Assembly (NCBI GenBank): GCA_030390025.1
Contig: CM059427.1
Location: forward strand, 188,480,001 to 188,544,000
DNA length: 64,000 nucleotides
Source of the DNA: Squalus acanthias
Taxonomy: Eukaryota
Direction: 5' to 3'
Of the stretch, positions 1-12,670 are shown in pieces. A program made the translations under genes and the position numbers. The stretch's first letter is position 1; the number at the start of each line of letters is the position of its first letter. The notes under the pieces are model-generated. The model was not told where the DNA came from, did not search any database, and saw only the letters and a list, made by a program, of their open reading frames with translations.

Positions 1-857
1 GCCTCCTGAAACAGGCTTTAGGTGTCTTGCACATGCAATTCTGGGTCCTAATGCAAACTGGAGGACCCCGATTGAAATTGGTGTACAGATGGGCGGAGCT
101 TATGCCGGGCCAGCTCCAGCTCACTGTACCAGGTTTTGAGTGGATGAACCACTGGTGTTTAACAGGACCGTTGGAGGCTGCTCAAGAAATGGCCGGAAAA
201 CCTTTTAACAGTTACATTTCTGTGGAGCTAGGAGGAGATGGAGTGCTTCTCCTGGCTCCACAATAATACTGCGGCCTAGGTTCGACCCCCACACAAGCCC
301 ACGGGTTTGGCTCCCCAAAGGACCTACCTGTGGGCTGGTTCAGCATCGAAGCTGGCTGGAATTCATCAGGCCCCCACTGGGACACAATGATTGGCGTCTG
401 TGGATCGTCTGTTTCATTCTAATGAGGGCTGATTTTGAATTTCATCTGGCCCCAGGCCGGCAGGGACCGACGCTCAAAGCAATCACTTCGCCAACTTGAT
501 GCCCATTTTGGGCCCAAGTTCAATTTCTCAGTGTAACTCAGCATGGCGTCACTCTGATATATACTTCTGTTCTGACCCTGATCCCATCACTCAAACACCA
601 CGGACAAATGCTCACCTGCAGAGTCAGATATCCATCTGTTACATCGGAGCGGACACTAGCACTAACTGTGCAATGTAAGTCTGAACATCCTTTATTCTAG
701 ATTGCGCATAGCAAGATCCCACAAACAGCAATGTGGTGTTGACCAGATCATCTGTTTTTTTAGTGATAATTATTAGCCAGGACACCGGGGAGAACTCTTC
801 TTTGAATAGTGTCATGGGATCTTACGTCCACCTGATCACATCTCATGTGAAAGACAG

Positions 858-1187
858 CACCTCTGACAGTTCATCACTCCCTCAGTACTGCACCTCTGAC
901 AGTGCAGAACTCCCTCAGCACTGCACCTCCGACAGTGCAGAACTCCCTCAGTACTGCACCTCTGACAGTGCATCACTCCCTCAGTACAGCACCTCTGACA
1001 GTGCAGAACTCCCTCAGTACTGCACCTCCGACAGTGCATCACTCCCTCAGTACAGCACCTCTGACAGTGCATCACTCCCTCAGTACTGCACCTCTGACAG
1101 TGCATCACTCCCTCAGTACTGCACCTCCGGCAGTGCAGAACTCCCTCAGTACTGCACCTCTGACAGTGCAGAACTCCCTCAGTACTG
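858..1187. repeat. 33-bp minisatellite, 10 copies, expanded from a Deu-type SINE
   Basis: Unit cacctctgacagtgca(gaa/tca)ctccctcagtactg, embedded in a minus-strand SINE (~700-1210). Confidence 0.95.
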
Positions 1188-1320
1188 CACTAAAGTGTCT
1201 GCCTGGATTAAGCACTTTGTGATGATGGAACTTGCATTGATATCACCTGATTCACGTTCTCAGGATCTCTCGAAGTGCTGCACAGTCAATGTAAGTTAAC
1301 TGATCTTTATTTGTTTTTAG

Positions 1321-1602
1321 ATGCACCACGGAATCTCTCAATTACTTCTCGTGATACGATTAATAATTCCTCGATCAATATAAAAGAAGGGATATCTGTA
1401 GTGATACTCTGCTCTGTCGAGAGCTTCCCAGCTTCTAACCTGACATGGCGATATCGTGGTGTCACAATGAACAGAACAAGTTCCAGCAACAAGCTGTGGT
1501 TGGAGTTTCCTCACGTTACATCCAGGGTCACTGGAGACTATCAGTGTGTGGCGGAGAATGAACATGGGGCAGTGGAGAGTTTCATAACCATCACTGTGGA
1601 AT
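1321..1602 (+). CDS. Ig C2-set exon (copy 1) of a Siglec/CD22/sialoadhesin-like receptor
   Basis: Acceptor ttgtttttag| and donor |gtgagt; 282 nt, phase 1/1. Encodes (Y)APRNLSI…EGISVVILCSVESFPASNLTW…DYQCVAENEHG…ITVE. The YAP…C-S-V-x-S-x-P…L-T-W…Y-x-C-x-A-x-N-x-x-G pattern is typical of Siglec-family C2 domains. Confidence 0.9.
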
Positions 1603-1790
1603 GTGAGTGTACAGATACTTTCACATATGAACATACAAATTAGGAGCAGGAGTAGGGCACTCGGCCCCTCGAGCCTGCTCCGCCATTCAATAAGATCACG
1701 GCTGATCTGATTACTCCACATTCCCACCTACCCCCGATAACCTTTCACCCCCTTGCTTATCAAGAATCTATCTACCTCTGCCTTAAAAAT

Positions 1791-2587
1791 AGTGTGAAGT
1801 AATGCATTTGGGGAGGGCTATCAAGGCAAGGGAATACACAATAAACGGTAGGCTACTGAGAAGTGTAGAGGATCAGAGGGACCTTGGAGTGCATGACCAC
1901 AGATCGCTGAAGGTAGCAGGACAGGTAGATAAGGTGGTTAAGAAGGCATACGGGATACTTTCCTTTATTAGCTGAGCCACAGAATAGAAGAGCAGAGAGG
2001 TTATGCTTGAACTGTATAAAACACTAGTTAGGCCACAGCTAGGGTACTGCGTACAGTTCTGGTCAACACATTACAGGAAAGATATGATTGCACTAGAGAG
2101 GGTACAGAGGAGATTTACAGGCTGTTGCCAGGAATGGAGAATACTAGCTATGAGGAAAGATTGGATAGGCTGGGATTGTTTTCTTTGGAACAGAGGAGGC
2201 TGAGGGGAGACATGATTGAGGTGTATAAAATTATGATGTGCCGAGATAGAATGGATGGGAAGGACCTAGTTCCATGAGCAGAGAGGTCAATAACCAGGGG
2301 CCATAGATTTAAATTAATTGGTAGAAGGATTAGAAGGGAGTTGAAGAGAATATTTTTCACCCAGAGTGTGGTGGGGGTCTGGATCTCACTGCCTGAATGG
2401 GTGGTAGAAGCAGAAACCCTCATCGCATTAAAAAACTACTTGGATATGGGCTTAAAGTGTCGCAACGTACAAGGCTACGGACCAAGAGCTGGAAAGTGGG
2501 ATTAGGCTGGATAGTTCTTTTTTGACCGGCACAGACATGATGGGTCGAATGGCCTCCTTCTGTGCCGTAACTTTCTATGATTCTATG
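1791..2587 (+). mobile_element. 5'-truncated CR1 LINE (ORF2 C-terminus and 3' tail); repeated at ~4740-5536 and ~7656-8452
   Basis: LYKTLVRPQLxYCVQFWS…ERVQRRFT…SLEQRRLRGD…TRGH motifs and a (ttctatga)n tail; preceded by an inverted CR1 3' end at ~1628-1790. Confidence 0.9.
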
Positions 2588-3740
2588 ACACAAAGGCACA
2601 CATGCACACACAGAAAAACATGAGCACACACACACTTGTGACTTGACTGACCTCCCTCAGTACTGCTCTGGAGTCTTGGCCTGGATTCTGGGCTTCGTGT
2701 TGAAAATTGCAATTGAAACTCCCCACTCTTGAGGCTCAGAGAAACTCTTCTTCTCTGCCTGTCTCAACTCATCCTGGAAACATCGGAGCCTCATCACTCT
2801 CATTCTAACTGAGGGATCGTGCATTGTGACCACAAGAGCAGGAAACTCGAGGCTCTGGGTGGCCTCCTGAAACAGGCTTTAGGTGTCTTGCACATGCAAT
2901 TCTGGGTCCTAATGCAAACTGGAGGACCCCGATTGAAATTGGTGTACAGATGGGCGGAGCTTATGCCGGGCCAGCTCCAGCTCACTGTACCAGGTTTTGA
3001 GTGGATGAACCACTGGTGTTTAACAGGACCGTTGGAGGCTGCTCAAGAAATGGCCGGAAAACCTTTTAACAGTTACATTTCTGTGGAGCTAGGAGGAGAT
3101 GGAGTGCTTCTCCTGGCTCCACAATAATACTGCGGCCTAGGTTCGACCCCCACACAAGCCCACGGGTTTGGCTCCCCAAAGGACCTACCTGTGGGCTGGT
3201 TCAGCATCGAAGCTGGCTGGAATTCATCAGGCCCCCACTGGGACACAATGATTGGCGTCTGTGGATCGTCTGTTTCATTCTAATGAGGGCTGATGCTGAA
3301 TTTCATCTGGCCCCAGGCCGGCAGGGACCGACGCTCAAATCAATCACTTCGCCAACTTGATGCCCATTTTGGGCCCAAGTTCAATTTCTCAGTGTAACTC
3401 AGCATGGCGTCACTCTGATATATACTTCTGTTCTGACCCTGATCCCATCACTCAAACACCACGGACAAACGCTCACCTGCAGAGTCAGATATCCATCTGT
3501 TACATCGGAGCGGACACTAGCACTAACTGTGCAATGTAAGTCTGAACATCCTTTATTCTAGATTGCGCATAGCAAGATCCCACAAACAGCAATGTGGTGT
3601 TGACCAGATCATCTGTTTTTTTAGTGATAATTATTAGCCAGGACACCGGGGAGAACTCTTCTTTGAATAGTGTCATGGGATCTTACGTCCACCTGAGGGG
3701 GCAGACGGGGCCTCAGATAAACATCTCATGTGAAAGACAG

Positions 3741-4136
3741 CACCTCTGACAGTTCATCACTCCCTCAGTACTGCACCTCTGACAGTGCATCACTCCCTCA
3801 GTACTGCACCTCTGACAGTGCATCACTCCCTCAGTACTGCACCTCTGACAGTGCATCACTCCCTCAGTACTGCACCTCTGACAGTGCATCACTCCCTCAG
3901 TACTGCACCTCTGACAGTGCAGAACTCCCTCAGTACAGCACCTCTGACAGTGCAGAACTCCCTCAGTACTGCACCTCTGACAGTGCAGAACTCCCTCAGT
4001 ACTGCACCTCTGACAGTGCATCACTCCCTCAGTACTGCACCTCTGACAGTGCATCACTCCCTCAGTACTGCACCTCCGGCAGTGCAGAACTCCCTCAGTA
4101 CTGCACCTCTGACAGTGCAGAACTCCCTCAGTACTG
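3741..4136. repeat. 33-bp minisatellite, 12 copies
   Basis: Same unit; 396 bp. Confidence 0.95.
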
Positions 4137-4269
4137 CACTATAGTGTCTGCCTGGATTAAGCACTTTGTGATGATGGAACTTGCATTGATATCACCTGAT
4201 TCACGTTCTCAGGATCTCTCGAAGTGCTGCACAGTCAATGTAAGTTAACTGATCTTTATTTGTTTTTAG

Positions 4270-4551
4270 ATGCACCACGGAATCTCTCAATTACTTCTCG
4301 TGATACGATTAAAAATTCCTCGATCAATATAAAAGAAGGGATATCTGTAGTGATACTCTGCTCTGTCGAGAGCTTCCCAGCTTCTAACCTGACATGGCGA
4401 TATCGTGGTGTCACAATGAACAGAACAAGTTCCAGCAACAAGCTGTGGTTGGAGTTTCCTCACGTTACATCCAGGGTCACTGGAGACTATCAGTGTGTGG
4501 CGGAGAATGAACATGGGGCAGTGGAGAGTTTCATAACCATCACTGTGGAAT
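4270..4551 (+). CDS. Ig C2-set exon (copy 2) of the Siglec-like receptor
   Basis: Same exon with intact AG/GT splice sites; differs from copy 1 by one N>K codon (aat>aaa). Confidence 0.9.
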
Positions 4552-6689
4552 GTGAGTGTACAGATACTTTCACATATGAACATACAAATTAGGAGCAGGA
4601 GTAGGGCACTCGGCCCCTCGAGCCTGCTCCGCCATTCAATAAGATCACGGCTGATCTGATTACTCCACATTCCCACCTACCCCCGATAACCTTTCACCCC
4701 CTTGCTTATCAAGAATCTATCTACCTCTGCCTTAAAAATAGTGTGAAGTAATGCATTTGGGGAGGGCTATCAAGGCAAGGGAATACACAATAAACGGTAG
4801 GCTACTGAGAAGTGTAGAGGATCAGAGGGACCTTGGAGTGCATGACCACAGATCGCTGAAGGTAGCAGGACAGGTAGATAAGGTGGTTAAGAAGGCATAC
4901 GGGATACTTTCCTTTATTAGCTGAGCCACAGAATAGAAGAGCAGAGAGGTTATGCTTGAACTGTATAAAACACTAGTTAGGCCACAGCTAGGGTACTGCG
5001 TACAGTTCTGGTCAACACATTACAGGAAAGATATGATTGCACTAGAGAGGGTACAGAGGAGATTTACAGGCTGTTGCCAGGAATGGAGAATACTAGCTAT
5101 GAGGAAAGATTGGATAGGCTGGGATTGTTTTCTTTGGAACAGAGGAGGCTGAGGGGAGACATGATTGAGGTGTATAAAATTATGATGTGCCGAGATAGAA
5201 TGGATGGGAAGGACCTAGTTCCATGAGCAGAGAGGTCAATAACCAGGGGCCATAGATTTAAATTAATTGGTAGAAGGATAAGAAGGGAGTTGAAGAGAAT
5301 ATTTTTCACCCAGAGTGTGGTGGGGGTCTGGATCTCACTGCCTGAATGGGTGGTAGAAGCAGAAACCCTCATCGCATTGAAAAACTACTTGAATATGGGC
5401 TTAAAGTGTCGCAACGTACAAGGTTACGGACCAAGAGCTGGAAAGTGGGATTAGGCTGGATAGTTCTTTTTTGACCGGCACAGACATGATGGGTCGAATG
5501 GCCTCCTTCTGTGCCGTAACTTTCTATGATTCTATGACACAAAGGCACACATGCACACACAGAAAAACATGAGCACACACACACTTGTGACTTGACTGAC
5601 CTCCCTCAGTACTGCTCTGGAGTCTTGGCCTGGATTCTGGGCTTCGTGTTGAAAATTGCAATTGAAACTCCCCACTCTTGAGGCTCAGAGAAACTCTTCT
5701 TCTCTGCCTGTCTCAACTCATCCTGGAAACATCGGAGCCTCATCACTCTCATTCTAACTGAGGGATCGTGCATTGTGACCACAAGAGCAGGAAACTCGAG
5801 GCTCTGGGTGGCCTCCTGAAACAGGCTTTAGGTGTCTTGCACATGCAATTCTGGGTCCTAATGCAAACTGGAGGACCCCGATTGAAATTGGTGTACAGAT
5901 GGGCGGAGCTTATGCCGGGCCAGCTCCAGCTCACTGTACCAGGTTTTGAGTGGATGAACCACTGGTGTTTAACAGGACCGTTGGAGGCCGCTCAAGAAAT
6001 GGCCGGAAAACCTTTTAACAGTTACATTTCTGTGGAGCTAGGAGGAGATGGAGTGCTTCTCCTGGCTCCACAATAATACTGCGGCCTAGGTTCGACCCCC
6101 ACACAAGCCCACGGGTTTGGCTCCCCAAAGGACCTACCTGTGGGCTGGTTCAGCATCGAAGCTGGCTGGAATTCATCAGGCCCCCACTGGGACACAATGA
6201 TTGGCGTCTGTGGATCGTCTGTTTCATTCTAATGAGGGCTGATGCTGAATTTCATCTGGCCCCAGGCCGGCAGGGACCGACGCTCAAAGCAATCACTTCG
6301 CCAACTTGATGCCCATTTTGGGCCCAAGTTCAATTTCTCAGTGTAACTCAGCATGGCGTCACTCTGATATATACTTCTGTTCTGACCCTGATCCCATCAC
6401 TCAAACACCACGGACAAACGCTCACCTGCAGAGTCAGATATCCATCTGTTACATCGGAGCGGACACTAGCACTAACTGTGCAATGTAAGTCTGAACATCC
6501 TTTATTCTAGATTGCGCATAGCAAGATCCCACAAACAGCAATGTGGTGTTGACCAGATCATCTGTTTTTTTAGTGATAATTATTAGCCAGGACACCGGGG
6601 AGAACTCTTCTTTGAATAGTGTCATGGGATCTTACGTCCACCTGAGGGGGCAGACGGGGCCTCAGATAAACATCTCATGTGAAAGACAG

Positions 6690-7052
6690 CACCTCTGACA
6701 GTTCATCACTCCCTCAGTACTGCACCTCTGACAGTGCAGAACTCCCTCAGCACTGCACCTCTGACAGTGCAGAACTCCCTCAGTACTGCACCTCTGACAC
6801 TGCATCACTCCCTCAGTACAGCACCTCTGACAGTGCAGAACTCCCTCAGTACTGCACCTCTGACAGTGCATCACTCCCTCAGTACTGCACCTCTGACAGT
6901 GCAGAACTCCCTCAGTACTGCACCTCTGACAGTGCAGAACTCCCTCAGTACTGCACCTCTGACAGTGCAGAACTCCCTCAGTACTGCACCTCTGACAGTG
7001 CAGAACTCCCTCAGTACTGCACCTCTGACAGTGCAGAACTCCCTCAGTACTG
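6690..7052. repeat. 33-bp minisatellite, 11 copies
   Basis: Same unit; 363 bp. Confidence 0.95.
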
Positions 7053-7185
7053 CACTAAAGTGTCTGCCTGGATTAAGCACTTTCTGATGATGGAACTTGC
7101 ATTGATATCACCTGATTCACGTTCTCAGGATCTCTCGAAGTGCTGCACAGTCAATGTAAGTTAACTGATCTTTATTTGTTTTTAG

Positions 7186-7467
7186 ATGCACCACGGAATC
7201 TCTCAATTACTTCTCGTGATACGATTAAAAATTCCTCGATCAATATAAAAGAAGGGATATCTGTAGTGATACTCTGCTCTGTCGAGAGCTTCCCAGCTTC
7301 TAACCTGACATGGCGATATCGTGGTGTCACAATGAACAGAACAAGTTCCAGCAACAAGCTGTGGTTGGAGTTTCCTCACGTTACATCCAGGGTCACTGGA
7401 GACTATCAGTGTGTGGCGGAGAATGAACATGGGGCAGTGGAGAGTTTCATAACCATCACTGTGGAAT
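7186..7467 (+). CDS. Ig C2-set exon (copy 3) of the Siglec-like receptor
   Basis: Translation identical to copy 2; intact splice sites; its phase-1 donor is compatible with the TM exon at 11203. Confidence 0.9.
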
Positions 7468-10400
7468 GTGAGTGTACAGATACTTTCACATATGAACATA
7501 CAAATTAGGAGCAGGAGTAGGGCACTCGGCCCCTCGAGCCTGCTCCGCCATTCAATAAGATCACGGCTGATCTGATTACTCCACATTCCCACCTACCCCC
7601 GATAACCTTTCACCCCCTTGCTTATCAAGAATCTATCTACCTCTGCCTTAAAAATAGTGTGAAGTAATGCATTTGGGGAGGGCTATCAAGGCAAGGGAAT
7701 ACACAATAAACGGTAGGCTACTGAGAAGTGTAGAGGATCAGAGGGACCTTGGAGTGCATGACCACAGATCGCTGAAGGTAGCAGGACAGGTAGATAAGGT
7801 GGTTAAGAAGGCATACGGGATACTTTCCTTTATTAGCTGAGCCACAGAATAGAAGAGCAGAGAGGTTATGCTTGAACTGTATAAAACACTAGTTAGGCCA
7901 CAGCTAGGGTACTGCGTACAGTTCTGGTCAACACATTACAGGAAAGATATGATTGCACTAGAGAGGGTACAGAGGAGATTTACAGGCTGTTGCCAGGAAT
8001 GGAGAATACTAGCTATGAGGAAAGATTGGATAGGCTGGGGTTGTTTTCTTTGGAACAGAGGAGGCTGAGGGGAGACTTGATTGAGGTGTATAAAATTATG
8101 ATGGGCCGAGATAGAATGGATGGGAAGGACCTAGTTCCACGAGCAGAGAGGTCAATAACCAGGGGCCATAGATTTAAATTAATTGGTAGAAGGATTAGAA
8201 GGGAGTTGAAGAGAATATTTTTCACCCAGAGTGTGGTGGGGGTCTGGAACTCACTGCCTGAATGGGTGGTAGAGGCAGAAACCCTCATCGCATTAAAAAA
8301 CTACTTGGATATGGGCTTAAAGTGTCGTAACCTACAAGGCTACGCACCAAGAGCTGGAAAGTGGGATTAGGCTGGATAGTACTTTTTCGACCGGCACAGA
8401 CATGATGGGTCGAATGGCCTCCTTCTGTGCCGTAACTTTCTATGATTCTATGACACAAAGGCACACATGCACACACAGAAAAACACGAGCACACACACAC
8501 TTGTGACTTGACTGACCTCCCTCAGTACTGCTCTGGAGTCTTGGCCTGGATTCTGGGCTTCGTGTTGAAAATTGCAATTGAAACTCCCCACTCTTGAGGC
8601 TCAGAGAAACTCTTCTTCTCTGCCTGTCTCAACTGATCCTGGAAACATCGGAGCCTCATCACTCTCATTCTAACTGAGGGCTCGTGCATTGTGAGTACAA
8701 GAGCAGGAAACTCGAGGCTCTGGGTGGCCTCCTGAAACAGGCTTTAGGCGTCTTGCACATGCAATTCTGGGTCCTAATGCCAACTGGAGGACCCCGATTG
8801 AAATTGGTGTACAGATGGGCGGAGCTTATGCCGGGCCAGCTCCAGCTCACTGTACCATGTTTTGAGTGGATGAACCACTGGTGTTTAACAGGACCATTGG
8901 AGTCCGCTCAAGAAATGGCCAGAAAACCTTTTAACAGCTACATTTCTGTGGAGCCAGGGGGAGATGGAGTGCTTCTCCTGGCTCCACAATAATACTGCGG
9001 CCTGTGTTCGACCTCCACACAAGCCCATGGGTTTGGCTCCCCAAAGGACCTACCTGTGGGCTGGTTTAGCATCGAAGCTGGCTGGAATTCATCAGGCCCC
9101 CACTGGGACACAACGATTGGTGTCTGTGGATCGTCTGTTCCATTCTAATGAGGGCTGATGCTGAATTTCATCTGGCCCCAGGCCGGCAGGGACCGGCGCT
9201 CAAACCAATCACTTCGCCAACTTGATGCCCATTTTGGGCGCAAGTTCAATTTCTCAGACTTGGAACCTGCAGATTTAAAAGCAGAGGAATGAAAGGGGAC
9301 CTTAAAGACGTTTATAAGGTAATGAATGGAACAGAAAATATTGGTCTGGATGAAAATCTCTGGACTGGTATAAGAGGCAGTTGGAGACTGTGATGATGAG
9401 ACTGTGAGATTACATCGAAGGATTAGCTGGAGGAACCGACTATCTTCTCTCATCCCTTGTCTTTATTTATCCTCATAATAATAAGGTTGAGTCCATGAGG
9501 GTGCTGCCAGAAAATGAAAAGCGAAGGTGTAGTGTTAGGAGATTTAAATCAGTCAGGAAATATTAAAAGGAGGAAAAAGCATCAATGGTACATGGCTGAA
9601 ATAAAGAACAGAGGGAAAAGAAACAAAAAGAAGCATCAGCTACACTGGGTTAAAAAAACTCACAGGATTGAAGGAATCAAAAGCCTGTTAGACCGTTAAA
9701 CTTACTGTGAATTCAGCTCTATCACCAACGTTGTTTGTGCCGGATTCTCACACAGGTCTTGTGATTCACTGAGCAGTGGGAATTCCTACAGAGTATCCGT
9801 GATAGGCACCAGACAGCAATTCACCACCTCAACAGCACCTGTCCACGCACTGAGTGTTAATAATAGGCTCAGCAATATTACAAGGCAAGGTTTCACACCG
9901 AGCAGCACAGTGCGTGGATCCTGCGTTAGCTCCCACACTAGAAACCCCGCCAGAGGAACTTGGGGTCGATGTGAACTATCGGGTGTCTGACCGGCGGAGC
10001 GGGAGGGCGATGGACGGCCGCCCGATGGTGCTGACGACAGGCCCGGTCCATGTTGACGGACGGGCCTCATTAGCATCACACCGGCAGGCCTTGGGCAGAA
10101 ATCGATGGGCCTACCGCCTGACTCCGCCCACCCAGCGCTAGGCCCGGGAGAAGATCGCTGCGGCAACAGTGACTGCAGGAATGGGGGGAAGGGGGGCTGA
10201 GCCATTCCTGGCCATTTTCCGGGACATCACCATCCCGATTCCACCAGCCGGGAGGCCTCAAAATTCAACCACTCACTCCCTGAACAGTGGGATTATAGGT
10301 CATTGAATACAATAGTACATTGAGGCTTGCAAACCAGATATTAGAGAAGAGAATGACATTGATATGGAGAGTAAACTAAAGACAAATTATTGGGGATAAC

Positions 10401-11202
10401 ATGGAAGATCACATTCAATGTTCTGTTTAATAGTTTAAAATTAGGTTTGATAATCTTGACCATGATCAATGCCATGGGAGATGACCCAGTCCATCATAAT
10501 TATTATGGAAGTCTGTCTACTGATGAAATTGTTCATTTACATCAAGTACTTACCTCATCTAGTGTTACAATATTATATTAATTAAGATTTTGAAATAAAA
10601 TATTAAATTAAATGTACCATAGATAAACATTACAACAACACACAAAACTTTCAAAAACATGCATGGTAGCACTGTTAAACATTAATAGTTTCAACAAAAT
10701 TGAACCTTGTCAAAATAGATACTTTTTTTGACTAAATACCAGTTAGAGATCTGTGGCTGTCTCACACCTTGATGGTTAATGTCTCCCCAGACAGCACAGC
10801 CGAGATTGGGAACTCGCCACCTGGGGAATCTCAGGTGTGAATCTGTATTCTGCCACTCTGGTCAGGACAACACTTTCACATCCAGTTTGACAGTTTAGAC
10901 AATGAATTACCCATTTTTGAGTTTATTCACTCCCTTTTCATTCACTCAGAGCTGCTCACTTTAATTCAAAACCATTGCACCCACAAGAATCTGATGAAAA
11001 TAGTCAAATCCAGACACATTTTATGTGTCAGAAAGAACACAACGTGGACTTGGTCTTGATGGAAATATTTGGTTCTCTGGCTCCCAGTGTTTAAAGCAGA
11101 ATGTTTTCACTTTCCACATCTTTTATAGAATGACTGGCAGGAGTATTTAAATATTAAACGAGATGGAGAGAGAAACTAAAATATCAACTTTGTCCTTCAC
11201 AG

Positions 11203-11306
11203 TGAGACCACTTCCGGAGATTTGGATCATCACAGTTTCGAGCTACTTGTTGGTTAAACTGGGCGTTGCTGTTGGACTAATTTGCTGCTTGAAGAGGATG
11301 ACCAGA
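11203..11306 (+). CDS. Transmembrane exon of the Siglec-like gene, with a Lys inside the TM segment
   Basis: Acceptor tttgtccttcacag| and donor |gtaaga; phase 1 in, phase 0 out. Encodes (L)RPLPEIWIITVSSYLLVKLGVAVGLICCLKRMTR, a hydrophobic stretch followed by a basic stop-transfer. Confidence 0.85.
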
Positions 11307-11571
11307 GTAAGAATTTCTTTAAGCTTTCCAGTAAATCAGGAATTTGTGCCGAGCTGTCACTTGACATTGAGAAAACTGATGTTCGTTGAACAGATATTAT
11401 GTGGTCACAAACTGTATTTTAAAATGTCATTTAAATATTGCACATTGTACTGAATTTGAAGGAATCATCAGTTAAAGGAAGCAATTGTTCCAAATTTGGT
11501 GAAATCTTAGAGCTTTGAATATTTTTCCTGATTCAAACGGCAATAACTTCCCTGCTCCCACTTTCCATCAG

Positions 11572-11625
11572 GCTCTGAGGAAGGAATCAGGGCGATCTCG
11601 GAGGGCCATACCTGATTATCAATGA
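11572..11625 (+). CDS. Candidate terminal cytoplasmic exon A (ALRKESGRSRRAIPDYQ*)
   Basis: Pyrimidine-rich acceptor cttccctgctcccactttccatcag|; open in phase 0 up to TGA. No transcript evidence. Confidence 0.4.
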   Translation, partial: ALRKESGRSRRAIPDYQ

Positions 11626-12384
11626 ATGGACAATGCTCAAACTAGGAGCCCAATCTTTTAATATTTTTCACTGATTATCACAAATATTCTTCTTGGAAAT
11701 TAGTAACTTGAAAGTTGTCAGAAACCAATATTTGAACAGTTAAAGCACAACCAGTAAAAATTACGATTAAAGGAAGTTACTAATGTATTCTGTGACAATT
11801 AATGAGTTTGATCATTTTAACGTGTGCTGTTATTGTTGTTGCTGTGGTCTGGTGGCGCCAGAGAGCTGCAGTAGTGTTGGGGCCAAAAATGAATTTGTCG
11901 CTCTGTAAACCACTTACTCTGTGGCAGGTTTGGTTTACCTGATTTACTCCAAGTCAAATCTCAGTCAATTCAAAAGCAAAGTTTCTGTTTCGGAGATCCC
12001 TGTCATGTTTGTGTTCAAGGAAGGAGTGTTTCAAGCCTGTGTGCTTCTGGGTGAAGCGAGGCATTGTAGAATGGGAACTATTGGGGTGAGAGGCACAGAA
12101 ATGTGGTAACTAGTGGAAAGTTTGAACTGACATGAAGGATGTGAGGTAATCTGTATTGTTCAGGATGTTTACATAGAATTACGTAGAATTTACAGCACAG
12201 AAACAGATCATTCGGCCCAGCAGGTCTGTGTCGGTGTTTATGCTCCACACGAGCCTCCTCCCACCCTACTTCATCTCACCCTATCGACATATCCTTCTAT
12301 TCCTTTCTCCCTCATGTACTTATCCAGCTTCCCCTTAAATCAATCTGTACTATTCGCCTAAAACACTGCATATTATTGCGAGTT

Positions 12385-12670
12385 CCAGCGAGGAAGGAAT
12401 AGGGAAATCTCTGAGGGCCAAACCTGATTATCAATGAATGAAATAAAGACAGAAAATGAATGAACTTTGCTCACACTAGGAGCCCAATATTCTAGTTTTA
12501 AAATTTTTCATTGAATTTACTGTCACAAATATTCCTCTTGGAAATTGGAAGTTAATAACTTGATTGTCGTCAGAAACCAATATTATTTGAACAGATGTTT
12601 GAAAATGCACAACCGGTAAAAATTACAATAAACTGAACAGTACGACTGTATTTAGTGAAAATTAATGATT
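12385..12670 (+). repeat. Diverged local duplicate of ~11575-11810 (candidate exon A and downstream sequence)
   Basis: gaggaaggaat…gagggcca.acctgattatcaatgaatg…actaggagcccaat…cagaaaccaata…caacc.gtaaaaattac is present at both sites. Confidence 0.8.

Larger units (their letters stand above)
1..9257 (+). repeat. Tandem segmental array of ~2.9-kb units (periods 2861, 2949, 2916 bp), each carrying one Ig exon; open at the left edge
   Basis: The sequence at position 1 (gcctcctgaaacaggc) recurs at 2862, 5811 and 8727. Identity ends at 9257 (…caatttctcag|). Period differences are explained by 33-bp minisatellite copy number (10/12/11) plus a 22-bp deletion in unit 1. Confidence 0.97.

Noticed and set aside
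733-1299. Repetitive ORFs (…SAELPQYCTSD…, …TVQNSLSTAPL…, …EGVLHCQRCST…) as mucin-like or Cys-rich proteins
   Set aside because: A 33-bp stop-free unit opens several frames on both strands. The same artefact explains the ORFs at 16304-16838 and 50679-51958.
1603-1643. Read-through tail (ECTDTFTYEHTN*) as a secreted isoform
   Set aside because: It lies past a consensus donor and runs into a CR1 end; nothing supports intron retention.
2819-3127. Recurring 102-aa and 60-aa ORFs in each array unit as genes
   Set aside because: No domain features or splice structure; they recur only because the unit is duplicated, and the 102-aa ORF lies in MITE-like sequence.
858-7052. 33-bp palindromic repeats as a CRISPR array
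   Set aside because: The repeats are head-to-tail with no unique spacers, there are no cas genes, the context is vertebrate, and the unit is part of a SINE.
10390-10581. Hydrophobic ORF as an alternative TM exon
   Set aside because: No clear acceptor/donor pair in AT-rich intron sequence; the exon at 11203 fits far better.
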